Assembly: GCA_036170455.1 (NCBI GenBank)
Contig: JAVHPG010000019.1
Location: 3,736-56,762 of the forward strand
Source: Elusimicrobiales bacterium
Lineage (GTDB): Bacteria > Elusimicrobiota > Elusimicrobia > Elusimicrobiales > UBA9959
DNA length: 53,027 bases
Direction of reading: 5' to 3'
In this document: piece after piece, positions 8,012-17,737 of the stretch
Numbering within the stretch: the first letter of the stretch is position 1
How the letters are laid out: each line of letters begins with the position of its first letter
Notes under the pieces: generated by a model
Told to the model about the DNA's origin: nothing
Seen by the model: only the letters and a program-made list of their open reading frames with translations
Database searches by the model: none
Position numbers and translations under genes: made by a program

Positions 8012-8581
8012 CTACGGGCCTGGTGGCTCGGCGGGCCCGGGCCCGTCAGGGTTGGACGGCGCGAGGCCGGCTTTGACAGCCGCCGGCTGCTCTTCCGGGG
8101 CGCTTTCCAGGAGAGGCCTGACCTCGGGGTCGGTCATTACCTCCGCCATTAGTCTGATGAATTGCGGGCGAAAAGCGTATTTAACTTTCAGCTTATCGAG
8201 ACAGCCGGCTCTTCGGGCCGCCGACAGGGCCCCGAACATATCCGTGATCTTTTCTTCCTCTATGACCTTCGCGGTGCAGGGGTCCTTTTTCAGGTCCTCC
8301 ATGAATTCCAGGACCACGGGCCGGGAGCCGTATTTGGCGACGGCGGCGGCGATCCGCCGCTCGCGCTCCGCCAGCGCCGCGGAGACCGGGTCCGTAGAGC
8401 CGGCCAGGCTGTAGCCGGGGCCGACCGCCGGGGCGCCGGGCGCGGTTGTCTTAATAAAATCGAATCTCTTCGGCTGAGTATTGGCTGAAGGTCCCGTCGG
8501 CGCAAGGTCCCTGTAGACGATGAACGACAGGATAAGAAGAACGGCGAAAAGCAGCGCGGTAGCGCTCCAGGTCTCTTTCAT
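8012..8581 (-). CDS. Hypothetical protein with N-terminal TM anchor
   Basis: MKETWSATALLFAVLLILSFIVY followed by a helical domain; start taken at ATG 8581. Confidence 0.65.
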   Translation of the reverse strand: MKETWSATALLFAVLLILSFIVYRDLAPTGPSANTQPKRFDFIKTTAPGAPAVGPGYSLAGSTDPVSAALAERERRIAAAVAKYGSRPVVLEFMEDLKKDPCTAKVIEEEKITDMFGALSAARRAGCLDKLKVKYAFRPQFIRLMAEVMTDPEVRPLLESAPEEQPAAVKAGLAPSNPDGPGPAEPPGP

Positions 8582-8633
8582 AAATTCCCCGCTGACCTCC
8601 GGCTCTGCTAATGATATCAAAAAGACGTTCGCC

Positions 8634-10913
8634 TTATATTTTCTTAAGGGTATAGTTTTCCCCGGTTAAATTAGTCCAGAGGGCGCGCGGGATATTGATG
8701 TAGTCGTCGGACCAGGCGCGCCCTGCCGGCGCTTCTATAAAGGACCACTCCGTCATGGCCGCGAGGGGGAGCTGCGCCAGCACCTGCGGGGATTTTACCA
8801 CGATCATCGCGCCCGTGCCCAAAGCGCCGAAGTAGGAAGCGTAGGGGTGGTTGAAAGCCTTGCTCTCGCGGAAAAGCGCCGGCGCGCCGAGATCGCGGGC
8901 CAGCCGGGCCGCTTCCGAAACCAGCGCCAGGCTGCTGTTGGAAAGGTGAAGCACCACTATCCCGCGGCTGCCGGCCTTGCGCAGGTAAAGCTCCAAAGCC
9001 TCGCGGGTCAGAAGATGCGCCGGTATCGCGTCCGAAGAAAACGCGTCCACCACTATCACGTCGAAGGCCCCGTCAGGCTCGTCGGCGATCTTCAGGCGCG
9101 CGTCGCCCAGGACTATGCGGGCGCCCGGTTTACATTCCCGCACATAGGTAAAATCCCCTCCGGGCTCTGCGGCCAGCCGGACTACCGCGGGGTCTATCTC
9201 GAATATAGTGAGCTTGTCGGCCGGGCGCAGCAGGCACGCGGTAGCGCCGGTGCCCAGGCCGATGAGAGCCACGCGGCCCGGTTCCCCGGTACTGAGCCCG
9301 ACGAGCACGGCCTCCCCCAGCGCCGTCCGCGGATTGTAATAGGTCAGCGGCTGCCGGGTAAGCCCCGGGCGCGTCAGCTGCGCGCCGTGGACCACGTTGA
9401 AATGCGAAAGGATGCGGAGTATCGCCACCCGCCGGTCCGCGGGATCGTAGATCTCGCGCGTGCGCAGGATGCCGAAGAAGCCGCGCTCCTGGGTAATGAT
9501 CCGGCCCGCCCTGTCCTCCTTAAGGAAGAATATCACGAAAGACGCAAGTATCAGGGCCGCAAGCGCCGCGGGCCTGGCGCGGTTGAGAAAGATGGCGGCC
9601 AGGCAGACTCCCAGGCCGGCGCGCACCAGATTGTCCTGTCCCAGCCGGGCGGCGGCGGCGACGATTGCGCCGCCCGGATCGAGATGCCTGAGCAGGATCA
9701 TCAGCAGCGCCAGCGCCGCGGCGGCGGCGGCCGAATAGCCGGCCAGTTTCGGCAGGCCCGCTTTTCCGCGCGGCAGGAAAAAGGCCGCGGCGGCCAGGGC
9801 GAGCGGGTACTCGTAGACATTATTGAAGACGAGCGGCGCCAGCAGGGCGGCGGCGGAACCGCCGAGCACGCCGCCGAGAGAAATAAAAAAATAAAATTCC
9901 GTCAGCCGGTCCGCTTTCGGGCGCTCGCGGGCGAGCGCCAGGCTGCAGAGCAGCGCGCTGATAAAGAAACCAAAAAGGTTGGCAAGGACCACGGGTACCC
10001 AGCGTCCCTGCAGCAGGTAAGATACTATCAGGAAAAAGAGCGCGAACGGGTAGATAAAGCGGGTGGCGGGGGCGATCTTTTCCGCGCCGCGCGAGAAAGC
10101 GATGATGAAAGTGGCGAGATAAAGCGCCAGCGGCACCACCCAGAACAGAGGCGTCGAGCCGATATTCGCGGAGATGTGCAGCGTCACGCCGGGAACCAGC
10201 GCCGCCCCGGCTGCCGACGCCCCCAGCCAGTAAAGGCGCTTTCTCCAGTTCGGAGGAGCCGAGGCCGCCCGCTCTTTGGCGGCGCCGGCGGGGGGCTCTT
10301 CGGCCAGAAGAGCGGCGGCGGCCGCAGCCAGGATAAGCGCGGCCACGGCCGCGTAGCCCCACTGCCAGGCCGCGCTCTGGGCCTTTGTGCCGAGCAGCGG
10401 CTCTATCAGCGCGGGATAAGCCAGGAGGCCGGTGAGGCTGCCGAAATTGCTGGCGGCGTAAAGATAATAGGGGTCCTGGGCGTCGGCCCGCCCCGAGCGC
10501 GCGTACCAGGCCTGCAGGAGCGGGGCCGTCGCCGAGGCGGCGGCGAAAGGCGCGCCGACCGAGACGGCAAGGACGCCGAGCAGCCAGAGAGCCGGGTGTT
10601 CGTAGTTCGGCGGCCCGAAGACGCCGCTGACGCGCAGCGGAAGCGCCAGGGCGGCTAGCGCCAGCACTGCCGCGTGCAGTCCGGCCTGGAGCCGCAGGTC
10701 TTTCAGGCGTGCCAGCAAATGCGCGTAAAAATAGCCCAGGAGCAGCGCGGCCTGGAAGAAGGCCATCGAAGCGTTCCAGACCGCCGGCGAGCCGCCCAGC
10801 AGCGGCGTGGTCAGGCGCGTGAAAAGCGGCTGCAGCGCGAAGATGAGCGCCGCGCTGGAGAACAGCGCAAGCGCAAAGACTGCCGGCGCCAGGCGCCGCG
10901 CGGTGAGGTTCAT
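8634..10913 (-). CDS. Fused multi-TM / spermidine synthase-like SAM-binding protein
   Basis: Many TM helices (LLGGSPAVWN, DPYYLYAASN), then IGLGTG, FEIDP, GDARL and VDAFSSDAIPAHLLTREA. Confidence 0.85.
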   Translation of the reverse strand: MNLTARRLAPAVFALALFSSAALIFALQPLFTRLTTPLLGGSPAVWNASMAFFQAALLLGYFYAHLLARLKDLRLQAGLHAAVLALAALALPLRVSGVFGPPNYEHPALWLLGVLAVSVGAPFAAASATAPLLQAWYARSGRADAQDPYYLYAASNFGSLTGLLAYPALIEPLLGTKAQSAAWQWGYAAVAALILAAAAAALLAEEPPAGAAKERAASAPPNWRKRLYWLGASAAGAALVPGVTLHISANIGSTPLFWVVPLALYLATFIIAFSRGAEKIAPATRFIYPFALFFLIVSYLLQGRWVPVVLANLFGFFISALLCSLALARERPKADRLTEFYFFISLGGVLGGSAAALLAPLVFNNVYEYPLALAAAAFFLPRGKAGLPKLAGYSAAAAAALALLMILLRHLDPGGAIVAAAARLGQDNLVRAGLGVCLAAIFLNRARPAALAALILASFVIFFLKEDRAGRIITQERGFFGILRTREIYDPADRRVAILRILSHFNVVHGAQLTRPGLTRQPLTYYNPRTALGEAVLVGLSTGEPGRVALIGLGTGATACLLRPADKLTIFEIDPAVVRLAAEPGGDFTYVRECKPGARIVLGDARLKIADEPDGAFDVIVVDAFSSDAIPAHLLTREALELYLRKAGSRGIVVLHLSNSSLALVSEAARLARDLGAPALFRESKAFNHPYASYFGALGTGAMIVVKSPQVLAQLPLAAMTEWSFIEAPAGRAWSDDYINIPRALWTNLTGENYTLKKI

Positions 10914-10920
10914 CAGGGCC

Positions 10921-11061
10921 TTATCCTTTCATGACCGCCAGGGGTTTGAACCTGGCTATCTTTCGGGCCGGGCCCGCCCCGGCAACTATATTGACCACGG
11001 CCTCCGCTTCCTTGCAGGCTTCCGGCATTTCCTCGCCCAAGGTTAGGCGTCCAGGCGCTTT
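10921..11061 (-). pseudogene. rtcB: 3' remnant of rtcB (RNA ligase)
   Basis: The minus frame reads KAPGRLTLGEEMPEACKEAEAVVNIVAGAGPARKIARFKPLAVMKG*. This matches the conserved RtcB C-terminus (EEAPEAYK...VV...G.ARKVARL.PL.V.KG). There is an in-frame stop upstream and the rest of the gene is absent. Confidence 0.8.
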
Positions 11062-11098
11062 ATGTGAGGTGAGGACACGGACATTTCAAGAGCATAGT

Positions 11099-11533
11099 TT
11101 ATTGTACGTTCCAACTGTTGCCGTTCAGGTCCGGATGAGTGCAGTTTACCATGAAGGTCCCGTAGGCGGTAGATTCCGGGTCGTTAATATAGGCCCAGCC
11201 GCCTGCGTCCGTGAGCGCCGTCCCGGTGCTGGCCCCGACGCTTATGCTCCGGCTGTCCATATGGGGGGTGCCGGGGAGTTTCGCGTACGGTATCTGGCTG
11301 ATATAGCGCGCGTTCTGCGTCAGCGAAGAGAGCTCGTCGTAAGGGTAGATCATGTTATCCCCGAAGTAAATATGCAGGGTGGAGCGGACAGCGCCGAGAC
11401 CTTCGCGGGTGGAGCCCTCTTTGCTTTTATTCAGGAGCCCTGCGAAGCGCGGCATGGCTATCGCCGCGAGTATGGCTATAATGGCGACTACTATCATCAC
11501 TTCTATCAGCGTGAATCCTCTGGAGCGGTTCAT
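11099..11533 (-). CDS. Type IV pilin-like protein (prepilin N-terminal cleavage/methylation domain)
   Basis: RGFTLIEVMIVVAIIAILAAIAMPRF class III signal. Confidence 0.9.
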   Translation of the reverse strand: MNRSRGFTLIEVMIVVAIIAILAAIAMPRFAGLLNKSKEGSTREGLGAVRSTLHIYFGDNMIYPYDELSSLTQNARYISQIPYAKLPGTPHMDSRSISVGASTGTALTDAGGWAYINDPESTAYGTFMVNCTHPDLNGNSWNVQ

Positions 11534-11544
11534 GGCTATATCCT

Positions 11545-12231
11545 TTATTTGTTCCGTGATTTAACCGCGGGAGCGCTTACATTATTTCCCTCGATAAGCG
11601 CGGCGATCCCGAGGTATTTGCTTTGCCTCGCCACTTCGGCCGCGGTCTGCCCGGCCTTATTGGTCTTGCCCGGGTTGACGCCGAACTCCAGCATGTATTT
11701 TACCGTCGCGGTCCTGCCGCGGTTGGCGGCCATCATTAGCGCCGTATTGCCGTTGGTATCCTTGAATTCCATGTTCGCGCCGCTTTCCGCCAGGGCTTTT
11801 ACCACGTCGGTCCTGCCCTGCATCGCGGCCCACATCAGGGGCGGCCAGCCCAGCCGGTCAAGCGTCTCGGGCTCGGCTCCGATCGAGATAAGGTAGCGCA
11901 CCGTGTCGAGGCGGCTCCAGCGCGCGGCTATATGGAGGGCCGTTTCGCCTTTATAATTCCGGAGGTTGATGTCGGCCCCCCTGGAAACAAGCAGCTTCAG
12001 GGAGTCCAGGTTGTCCTTGGCTGCCGCCCACATCAGCGGCGTCCAGCCGGCCTGGTCCCTGATGTCGGGGTTCAGGCCGGAGTCCAGAAGCTTCCGCATA
12101 TTCCGCTCATAGTCGTTTTTGGCGGACTTAAACATCCGCTCTTCCGGGCTGCCGATGGGTATTTCGCAGCCCGCGGTAAAGACCGCGGCGAAAAAAACCG
12201 CAAGGATGAAGAAGCGCTTTTGACTCCGCAT
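11545..12231 (-). CDS. Ankyrin-repeat lipoprotein
   Basis: Lipobox FTAG-C; repeats GWTPLMWAA, GETALHIAA, GWPPLMWAA and GNTALMMAA. Confidence 0.9.
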   Translation of the reverse strand: MRSQKRFFILAVFFAAVFTAGCEIPIGSPEERMFKSAKNDYERNMRKLLDSGLNPDIRDQAGWTPLMWAAAKDNLDSLKLLVSRGADINLRNYKGETALHIAARWSRLDTVRYLISIGAEPETLDRLGWPPLMWAAMQGRTDVVKALAESGANMEFKDTNGNTALMMAANRGRTATVKYMLEFGVNPGKTNKAGQTAAEVARQSKYLGIAALIEGNNVSAPAVKSRNK

Positions 12232-12241
12232 AGGATTGCGG

Positions 12242-13861
12242 CTATTTTATCTGCTTGAAAAAATCCCCGCCCTTGTCGTCCACCAGCACGAAGGCCGGAA
12301 AATCCTCGACCTCTATGGCCCAGACCGCTTCCATGCCGAGCTCCGGGTAATCCAGCGTCTCGACTTTCCTTATGTTTTTTTCGGCCAGCAGCGCCGCGGG
12401 GCCGCCGGGGGAGCCGAGGTAGAAGCCGCCGTATTTTTTGCAGGAGTCGGTCACGGCCTGCGAGCGGTTGCCCTTGGCGATCATCACCATCGAGGCGCCG
12501 TGCGACTGGAGCAGGTCCACGTAGGAATCCATGCGGCCGGCCGTAGTGGGCCCGAAGGAGCCGGAGGGCTTTTCCTTCGGCTGCTTGGCGGGGCCGGCGT
12601 AATAAACCGGGTGCTTCTTTAAATATTCCGGCAGCTCTTTGCCGGCGTCCAGCAGCTCCTTGAATTTGGCGTGGGCCAGGTCGCGCGCCACCACGATGCG
12701 GCCGTTCAGGGAAAGTCGGGTGCCTATGGGGTGTTTTGAAAGTTCCGCAAGGATGCTCTTCATCGGCTGGTTCAGGTTTATGCTTACGCAGCCGGAGCGG
12801 GAGGAAAACTTAGCGCGCACTTCCCTGGTAATGAAACGGCCCGGGTCGCGGTCCAGCTCTTCCAGCCAGAGTCCGCCTTTGTCTATTCGGGCGAGGATAT
12901 TGCGGTCGGCGGAGCAGGAGAGTCCCATGCCGATCGGCGCCGAGGCCCCGTGGCGGGGCAGACGCACCACGCGCACGTCGTGCGCGAAATGCTTGCCGCC
13001 GAACTGCGCACCGAGGCCGAGCTTGCGGGCGGCTTCAAGGAGTTCGGCCTCCATTTTTTTATCGCGGAAAGCGCGGCCGGTCCCGCCTGGATTATCGGGC
13101 AGGCCGTCGAGGTAGCCGGTGGAGGCCAGCTTGACCGTCTTCAGGCACATCTCCGCCGAGGTCCCGCCGATCACGAAAGCCACGTGGTAGGGGGGGCAGG
13201 CCGCCGTGCCCAGCCACTTCATCTTCTCCACAAGGAAGGGCTTTAGTTTCTCCGGGGTGAGCGTGGCCTTCGTTTCCTGGTAAAGCATGGTCTTGTTTGC
13301 CGAACCGCCGCCCTTGGTAACGAAAAGAAAATCGTAGGACATGCCGGGCCTGGAGTAAATGTCTATCTGCGCGGGCAGGTTATTGCCGGAGTTCTTTTCC
13401 TTATACATATCCACGGCGAGCGTCTGCGAATAGCGCAGGTTCTCGCCGGTATAGGTCTCCCAGACGCCTTTCGAAATAGATTCTTCGTCGTTGGAGCGGG
13501 TCCAGACCTGCTCGCCTTTTTTAGCGACTACGGTGGCGGTGCCGGTGTCCTGGCAGAAAGGCAGTTCGAACCTGGCCGAGATAGCGGCGTTCTCCAGCAT
13601 ACAGAAAGCCACGAATTTATCATTCTCCGACGCTTCCGGGTCCTCAAGAATAGCCGCCACCTGCGCATTATGCGCCGGCCTCAGTAAAAAAGAAACGTCC
13701 TTGACCGCCTCGCGCGTCAGCGTAACCAAAGCTTCAGGCGCCACTTCCAGGATTTCCCTGTCCCCGGCCTTAACGACCGTCACGCCCTCTTTAGAAAGCA
13801 GGCGAAACTTGATCTCACGCTTGGTCAGCTCAAAAAGCTCGTTATATTTGAATTCAGCCAT
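12242..13861 (-). CDS. fumA: Class I (Fe-S) fumarate hydratase
   Basis: [33 protein letters not shown] and GPTTAGRMD motifs. Confidence 0.95.
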   Translation of the reverse strand: MAEFKYNELFELTKREIKFRLLSKEGVTVVKAGDREILEVAPEALVTLTREAVKDVSFLLRPAHNAQVAAILEDPEASENDKFVAFCMLENAAISARFELPFCQDTGTATVVAKKGEQVWTRSNDEESISKGVWETYTGENLRYSQTLAVDMYKEKNSGNNLPAQIDIYSRPGMSYDFLFVTKGGGSANKTMLYQETKATLTPEKLKPFLVEKMKWLGTAACPPYHVAFVIGGTSAEMCLKTVKLASTGYLDGLPDNPGGTGRAFRDKKMEAELLEAARKLGLGAQFGGKHFAHDVRVVRLPRHGASAPIGMGLSCSADRNILARIDKGGLWLEELDRDPGRFITREVRAKFSSRSGCVSINLNQPMKSILAELSKHPIGTRLSLNGRIVVARDLAHAKFKELLDAGKELPEYLKKHPVYYAGPAKQPKEKPSGSFGPTTAGRMDSYVDLLQSHGASMVMIAKGNRSQAVTDSCKKYGGFYLGSPGGPAALLAEKNIRKVETLDYPELGMEAVWAIEVEDFPAFVLVDDKGGDFFKQIK

Positions 13862-13891
13862 AGGATCAATCCTCGCAAAAAACTGGAGGGC

Positions 13892-14008
13892 GATGCGGGG
13901 GCAGAATAAGAAAAACCGTCGTTGAGCCTGCCGGTTGCATAGCCCGGCAGGCGAATACCGAGTGAGGCCACGGTGTGGCCGAACGCGTTTTTCGTTCCTG
14001 CCACCGCG
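13892..14008 (-). repeat. Structured intergenic element with GGCCAC-N3-GTGGCC hairpin (related copy at 52912-52968)
   Basis: An imperfect outer stem encloses the hairpins GGCCACACCGTGGCC and GCCTGCCGG..CCGGCAGGC. 13962-13982 matches the reverse complement of 52948-52968 at 20/21 nt. Confidence 0.6.
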
Positions 14009-14020
14009 CCGCCCGTTCCC

Positions 14021-14785
14021 TTATCGCTTCGAGAACAAATTCGCCAGCAGGAACTCCCTGTTCATCCTGGCTATATTCGATACCTTTATGTCTTTGGGAC
14101 AGACGGCTTCGCACTCGTACTCATTGGTGCAATTGCCGAAGCCCTGTTTGTCCATCGCGGCCACCATGTTAAGGGCCCGGGTGTTCCTTTCCTGGGCGCC
14201 CTGCGGGAGCAGCGCCAGCTGGGAAATTTTCGCGCCGGTGAAGAGCATAGCCGCGCCGTTCGGGCAGGAAGCCACGCAGGCCCCGCAGCCTATGCAGGCG
14301 GCGGAGTCCATGGCCTCTTCGGCTTTGTCCTTGTCCACGGGGATGGAATTTGCGTCGGGAGCCGCCCCGGTTGTTACGGAGATAAAGCCGCCGGCTTTAA
14401 TGATATTGTCCAGGGCCAGCCGGTCTACCACCAGGTCTTTTATGAGGGGGAAAGCTTTAACGCGCCAGGGCTCCACCGTGACCACGTCTCCGTCCTTGAA
14501 ACGCCTCATGTGCAGCTGGCAGACGGTGGAATGTTCGTCGGGGCCGTGGATCTCGCCGTTCACCACCAGCCCGCAGCAGCCGCAGATGCCCTCTCGGCAG
14601 TCGCTCTCGAAAGCTATGGGGTGCTCGTTCCTCTTTATCAGGCCCTCGTTAAGGACGTCAAGCATTTCAAGGAAGGACATGTCGGGGGAGATGTCTTCCG
14701 CTTTGTAGGAGACCATCCTTCCCGGTGCTTCCGGGCCGTCCTGGCGCCATACGCGCAGGGTGATGCTGAAGTGGTTTTTGCTCAT
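14021..14785 (-). CDS. sdhB: Succinate dehydrogenase/fumarate reductase Fe-S subunit
   Basis: DCREGICGCC, CIGCGACVASCP and CTNEYECEAVCP. Confidence 0.95.
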   Translation of the reverse strand: MSKNHFSITLRVWRQDGPEAPGRMVSYKAEDISPDMSFLEMLDVLNEGLIKRNEHPIAFESDCREGICGCCGLVVNGEIHGPDEHSTVCQLHMRRFKDGDVVTVEPWRVKAFPLIKDLVVDRLALDNIIKAGGFISVTTGAAPDANSIPVDKDKAEEAMDSAACIGCGACVASCPNGAAMLFTGAKISQLALLPQGAQERNTRALNMVAAMDKQGFGNCTNEYECEAVCPKDIKVSNIARMNREFLLANLFSKR

Positions 14786-14834
14786 GATAAATCCTCCGGT
14801 GTTCGCTGCTCGGCGGGGTAAAGCGCCCGCGGTC

Positions 14835-16748
14835 CTATTTGTAATTCCGTTCCGCTATCTTTATGTTCTCAAAGGTCAGCGGCTCTTTGTGCATTAAGGG
14901 CTCTTTTCCCTCGCCCTTGTACTCCCAGACGGCGGCGTGCGAGAAATTCGCGTCGTCGCGCTTCGCCTCGCCTTCCGGGGTGACGGATTCTTCCCTGAAG
15001 TGCGCGCCGCAGGATTCTTTGCGCTCAAGAGCGTCCCGCACCAGCAGTTCGGAGAACTCGAGGAAATCGGCCACTTTATGCGCTTTTTCCAGGGTCTGGT
15101 TCAGCTCCATGGCCGTGCCGGGCAGGGCGAGGTCTTTCCAGAATTCCTCCCTGATCTCGGGGATCTTCTTAAGCGATCTCTTCAGGCCGGCCTCGTTGCG
15201 GCCCATGCCGCAGTCGTTCCACAGCACATTGCCCAGCTGCCGGTGGAAATCGGTGGGCGTCTTCTTGCCTTTTATGGCCAGCAGCTTGTTGAACCTGTTC
15301 TTAAGCGCGGTCTGTCCTTCCCTGAACTCGGCCGCGTCCGCGCTTACCGCGTCGAACTTGGACGCGCCCAGGTAGCCGCCGATGGTGGCCGGGATCACGA
15401 AATAGCCGTCAGCCAGGCCCTGCATGAGCGCGCTAGCGCCAAGGCGGTTCGCGCCGTGGTCGGAGAAGTTCGCTTCGCCGAGCGCGAAAAGGCCCGGCAC
15501 CGTGGTCATAAGGTTGTAGTCCACCCAGAGCCCGCCCATGGAGTAATGCGAGGCGGGGTAGATGCGCATTGGAACCTTGTAGGCGTTCTCGTCGGTGATC
15601 TGCCGGTACATGTCGAAAAGGTTCCCGTATTTTTCGCGTATCCGGTCTTCGCTCTGCCGCTTTATCGAATCCCTGAAGTCCAGGTAAACGGACAAGCCGG
15701 TCGGGCCTACGCCGCGGCCCTCGTCTATAGTGGTCTTTGCGGCGCGGGAGGCTATGTCGCGGGGCACCAGGTTCCCGAAGGCCGGGTAGCGCCGCTCCAG
15801 GTAATAGTCCCGCTCTTCGTCCGGGATCTCGTTCGGGGGGCGCTTGTCGCCCTTGGTCTTGGGCACCCAGACCCTGCCGTCGTTGCGCAGGCTTTCGCTC
15901 ATCAGGGTGAGTTTCGACTGGTGTTCGCCGGAGCGGGGGATGCAGGTGGGGTGGATCTGCGTATAGCAGGGGTTGGCCAGCCCGGCGCCTTTTTTGAAGG
16001 CGGCCCATTCGGCGGAGACATTGCAGAGCGCGGCGTTGGTGGAGAGATAGAACACGTTTGCGTAGCCGCCCGTGCACAGGAGCACGGCGTGCCCCGTGTA
16101 ATTTTCAAGCTCGCCGGTCACCAGGTTCCTTACTATTATGCCGCGAGCGCGGCCGTCCGAAACGATGATGTCCGCCATTTCGCGGCGCGGGTAGATCTTG
16201 ACCGTGCCGGCCGCGGCCTGGCGCATCATGGCCGAGTAGGCGCCCAGGAGCAGCTGCTGGCCGGTCTGGCCGCGGGTGTAGAAAGTGCGGGAAACCTGAG
16301 CGCCGCCGAAAGAGCGGGTGGCCAGCAGGCCGCCGTATTCCCGGCCGAAGGGCACGCCTATGGCCGTGCAGTGGTCTATGATCTGGTTCGAGATCTGGGC
16401 CAGGCGGTAGACATTGGCTTCGCGGGCGCGGTAGTCGCCGCCTTTTATCGTGTCGTGGAAGAGTCTCCAGACCGAGTCTCCGTCGTTAGGGTAGTTCTTC
16501 GCGGCGTTGATGCCGCCCTGGGCCGCTATGGAGTGGGCGCGCCGGGGGGTATCCTGCAGGCAGAAAACCTTGACATTGTAGCCAAGTTCGCCCAGCGAGG
16601 CGGCCGCTGAGGCGCCGGCCAGGCCGGAGCCGACCACCAAAATGTCGAATTTTCTCTTATTATTGGGGTTTACAAGTTTTATGTTGAACTTATGCGAATC
16701 CCATTTCTTTTCTATCGGTCCCGCCGGAATATGAGCGTCAAGTTTCAT
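14835..16748 (-). CDS. sdhA: Succinate dehydrogenase/fumarate reductase flavoprotein subunit
   Basis: [28 protein letters not shown] and [11 protein letters not shown]. Confidence 0.95.
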   Translation of the reverse strand: MKLDAHIPAGPIEKKWDSHKFNIKLVNPNNKRKFDILVVGSGLAGASAAASLGELGYNVKVFCLQDTPRRAHSIAAQGGINAAKNYPNDGDSVWRLFHDTIKGGDYRAREANVYRLAQISNQIIDHCTAIGVPFGREYGGLLATRSFGGAQVSRTFYTRGQTGQQLLLGAYSAMMRQAAAGTVKIYPRREMADIIVSDGRARGIIVRNLVTGELENYTGHAVLLCTGGYANVFYLSTNAALCNVSAEWAAFKKGAGLANPCYTQIHPTCIPRSGEHQSKLTLMSESLRNDGRVWVPKTKGDKRPPNEIPDEERDYYLERRYPAFGNLVPRDIASRAAKTTIDEGRGVGPTGLSVYLDFRDSIKRQSEDRIREKYGNLFDMYRQITDENAYKVPMRIYPASHYSMGGLWVDYNLMTTVPGLFALGEANFSDHGANRLGASALMQGLADGYFVIPATIGGYLGASKFDAVSADAAEFREGQTALKNRFNKLLAIKGKKTPTDFHRQLGNVLWNDCGMGRNEAGLKRSLKKIPEIREEFWKDLALPGTAMELNQTLEKAHKVADFLEFSELLVRDALERKESCGAHFREESVTPEGEAKRDDANFSHAAVWEYKGEGKEPLMHKEPLTFENIKIAERNYK

Positions 16749-16782
16749 TATTGCCTCCCAAAAATTTCCAACAATCCGCTGT

Positions 16783-17466
16783 TTACCTGATCACGACCAC
16801 ATTGTAGCCGGCCTGTGCCGCCCTGATGTCGATGCCCATCAGGAAATACAGCGAGATGAGAGCGAAACCTATCATCAGAACGGCCACGATAAGGCCGCCG
16901 ACCTTGATGAGGGGCGTATACTTGGCGTGGTTCAGGCCCAGTGTCTGGAAAGCGCTCTGCATCCCGTGGCTTAGGTGCAGGGCCAGCGCGGCTGAGCCGG
17001 CTATATAGACGGCCACGAACACGGGGTCGCGGAAAGCGTAGGTCACCATCTGGTAAAAGCCCATCGAGTGGTCCGTGAAGCGGAAGGTGAGCATGTGGTA
17101 GGCCAGGTAGGCCAGGACTGCGGCCGCGGTATAGAGCATGGTGGCTGAGCCGAGGGTGCGGCCGCCCTGCCATTTCCGCGATTCGTAGCCGGTAGGGGAG
17201 TTAAGGAAGTCCTCCACCCTTACCCAGACGCCGGTTATAATATGGGCAAGGAAGAGAAAAACCAGCCCCAGCTCGAGGAGCGGGGTGACGGGGTTGGAAA
17301 GCAGCATGTCCACCCAGCCGTTATATGCCGCCTCGCCCTTGAAAAGAAGGAGGTTCTCGGCCAGGTGCACCAGCATGAAGCCGCCGAGCAGCAGGCCGGA
17401 GACGGCCATTACGGCCTTCCTCCCTATCGAAGTCGTTATGAAGCGCTTGATGAAAGTTGTTTCCAT
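16783..17466 (-). CDS. sdhC: Succinate dehydrogenase cytochrome b558 subunit
   Basis: [13 protein letters not shown], about 5 TM helices with His ligands, [14 protein letters not shown]. Confidence 0.9.
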   Translation of the reverse strand: METTFIKRFITTSIGRKAVMAVSGLLLGGFMLVHLAENLLLFKGEAAYNGWVDMLLSNPVTPLLELGLVFLFLAHIITGVWVRVEDFLNSPTGYESRKWQGGRTLGSATMLYTAAAVLAYLAYHMLTFRFTDHSMGFYQMVTYAFRDPVFVAVYIAGSAALALHLSHGMQSAFQTLGLNHAKYTPLIKVGGLIVAVLMIGFALISLYFLMGIDIRAAQAGYNVVVIR

Positions 17467-17737
17467 AAGATATATGAGCTCCAGTGTCTGTCAGTTGCCG
17501 GTGCGAGGTCTTAAGGCCAGGGCGGCGTAATATCAGTTGAATAATACAATCATAAAATATAAATATGAGCCATGGCAAGTGCGATCCCCAAATCCGATGC
17601 ATAGATATAGTAATGCCTTAATTCAGAAGCTTGAAAAGCGGCGCTCAAAATTTATTATAATGTACAGCGAAGCGCTATTATGGCCGCTATGGCCGTCCGC
17701 GCAGGCTGGCGCAAGCACTATACGGGGAGGCAGTAAA

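Noticed and set aside
8847-10658. 603-aa plus-strand ORF (likewise 14937-16610, 19655-20914, 5722-6900, 35608-36768)
   Set aside because: These are antisense shadows of well-supported genes, with Arg/Gly/Ala-rich non-protein-like composition.
10935-10956. GCCAGGGGTTTGAACCTGGC resembling a tRNA T-arm (GGTTCAAACCC on the minus strand)
   Set aside because: No cloverleaf forms around it, and it is explained by the rtcB remnant codons (ARFKPL).
17537-17737. N-terminal extension of the NHL protein in the ORF track (similarly 1681, 36908, 46537, 49009)
   Set aside because: Better starts lie downstream, with an SD or leaderless geometry and, for the secreted proteins, a signal peptide.
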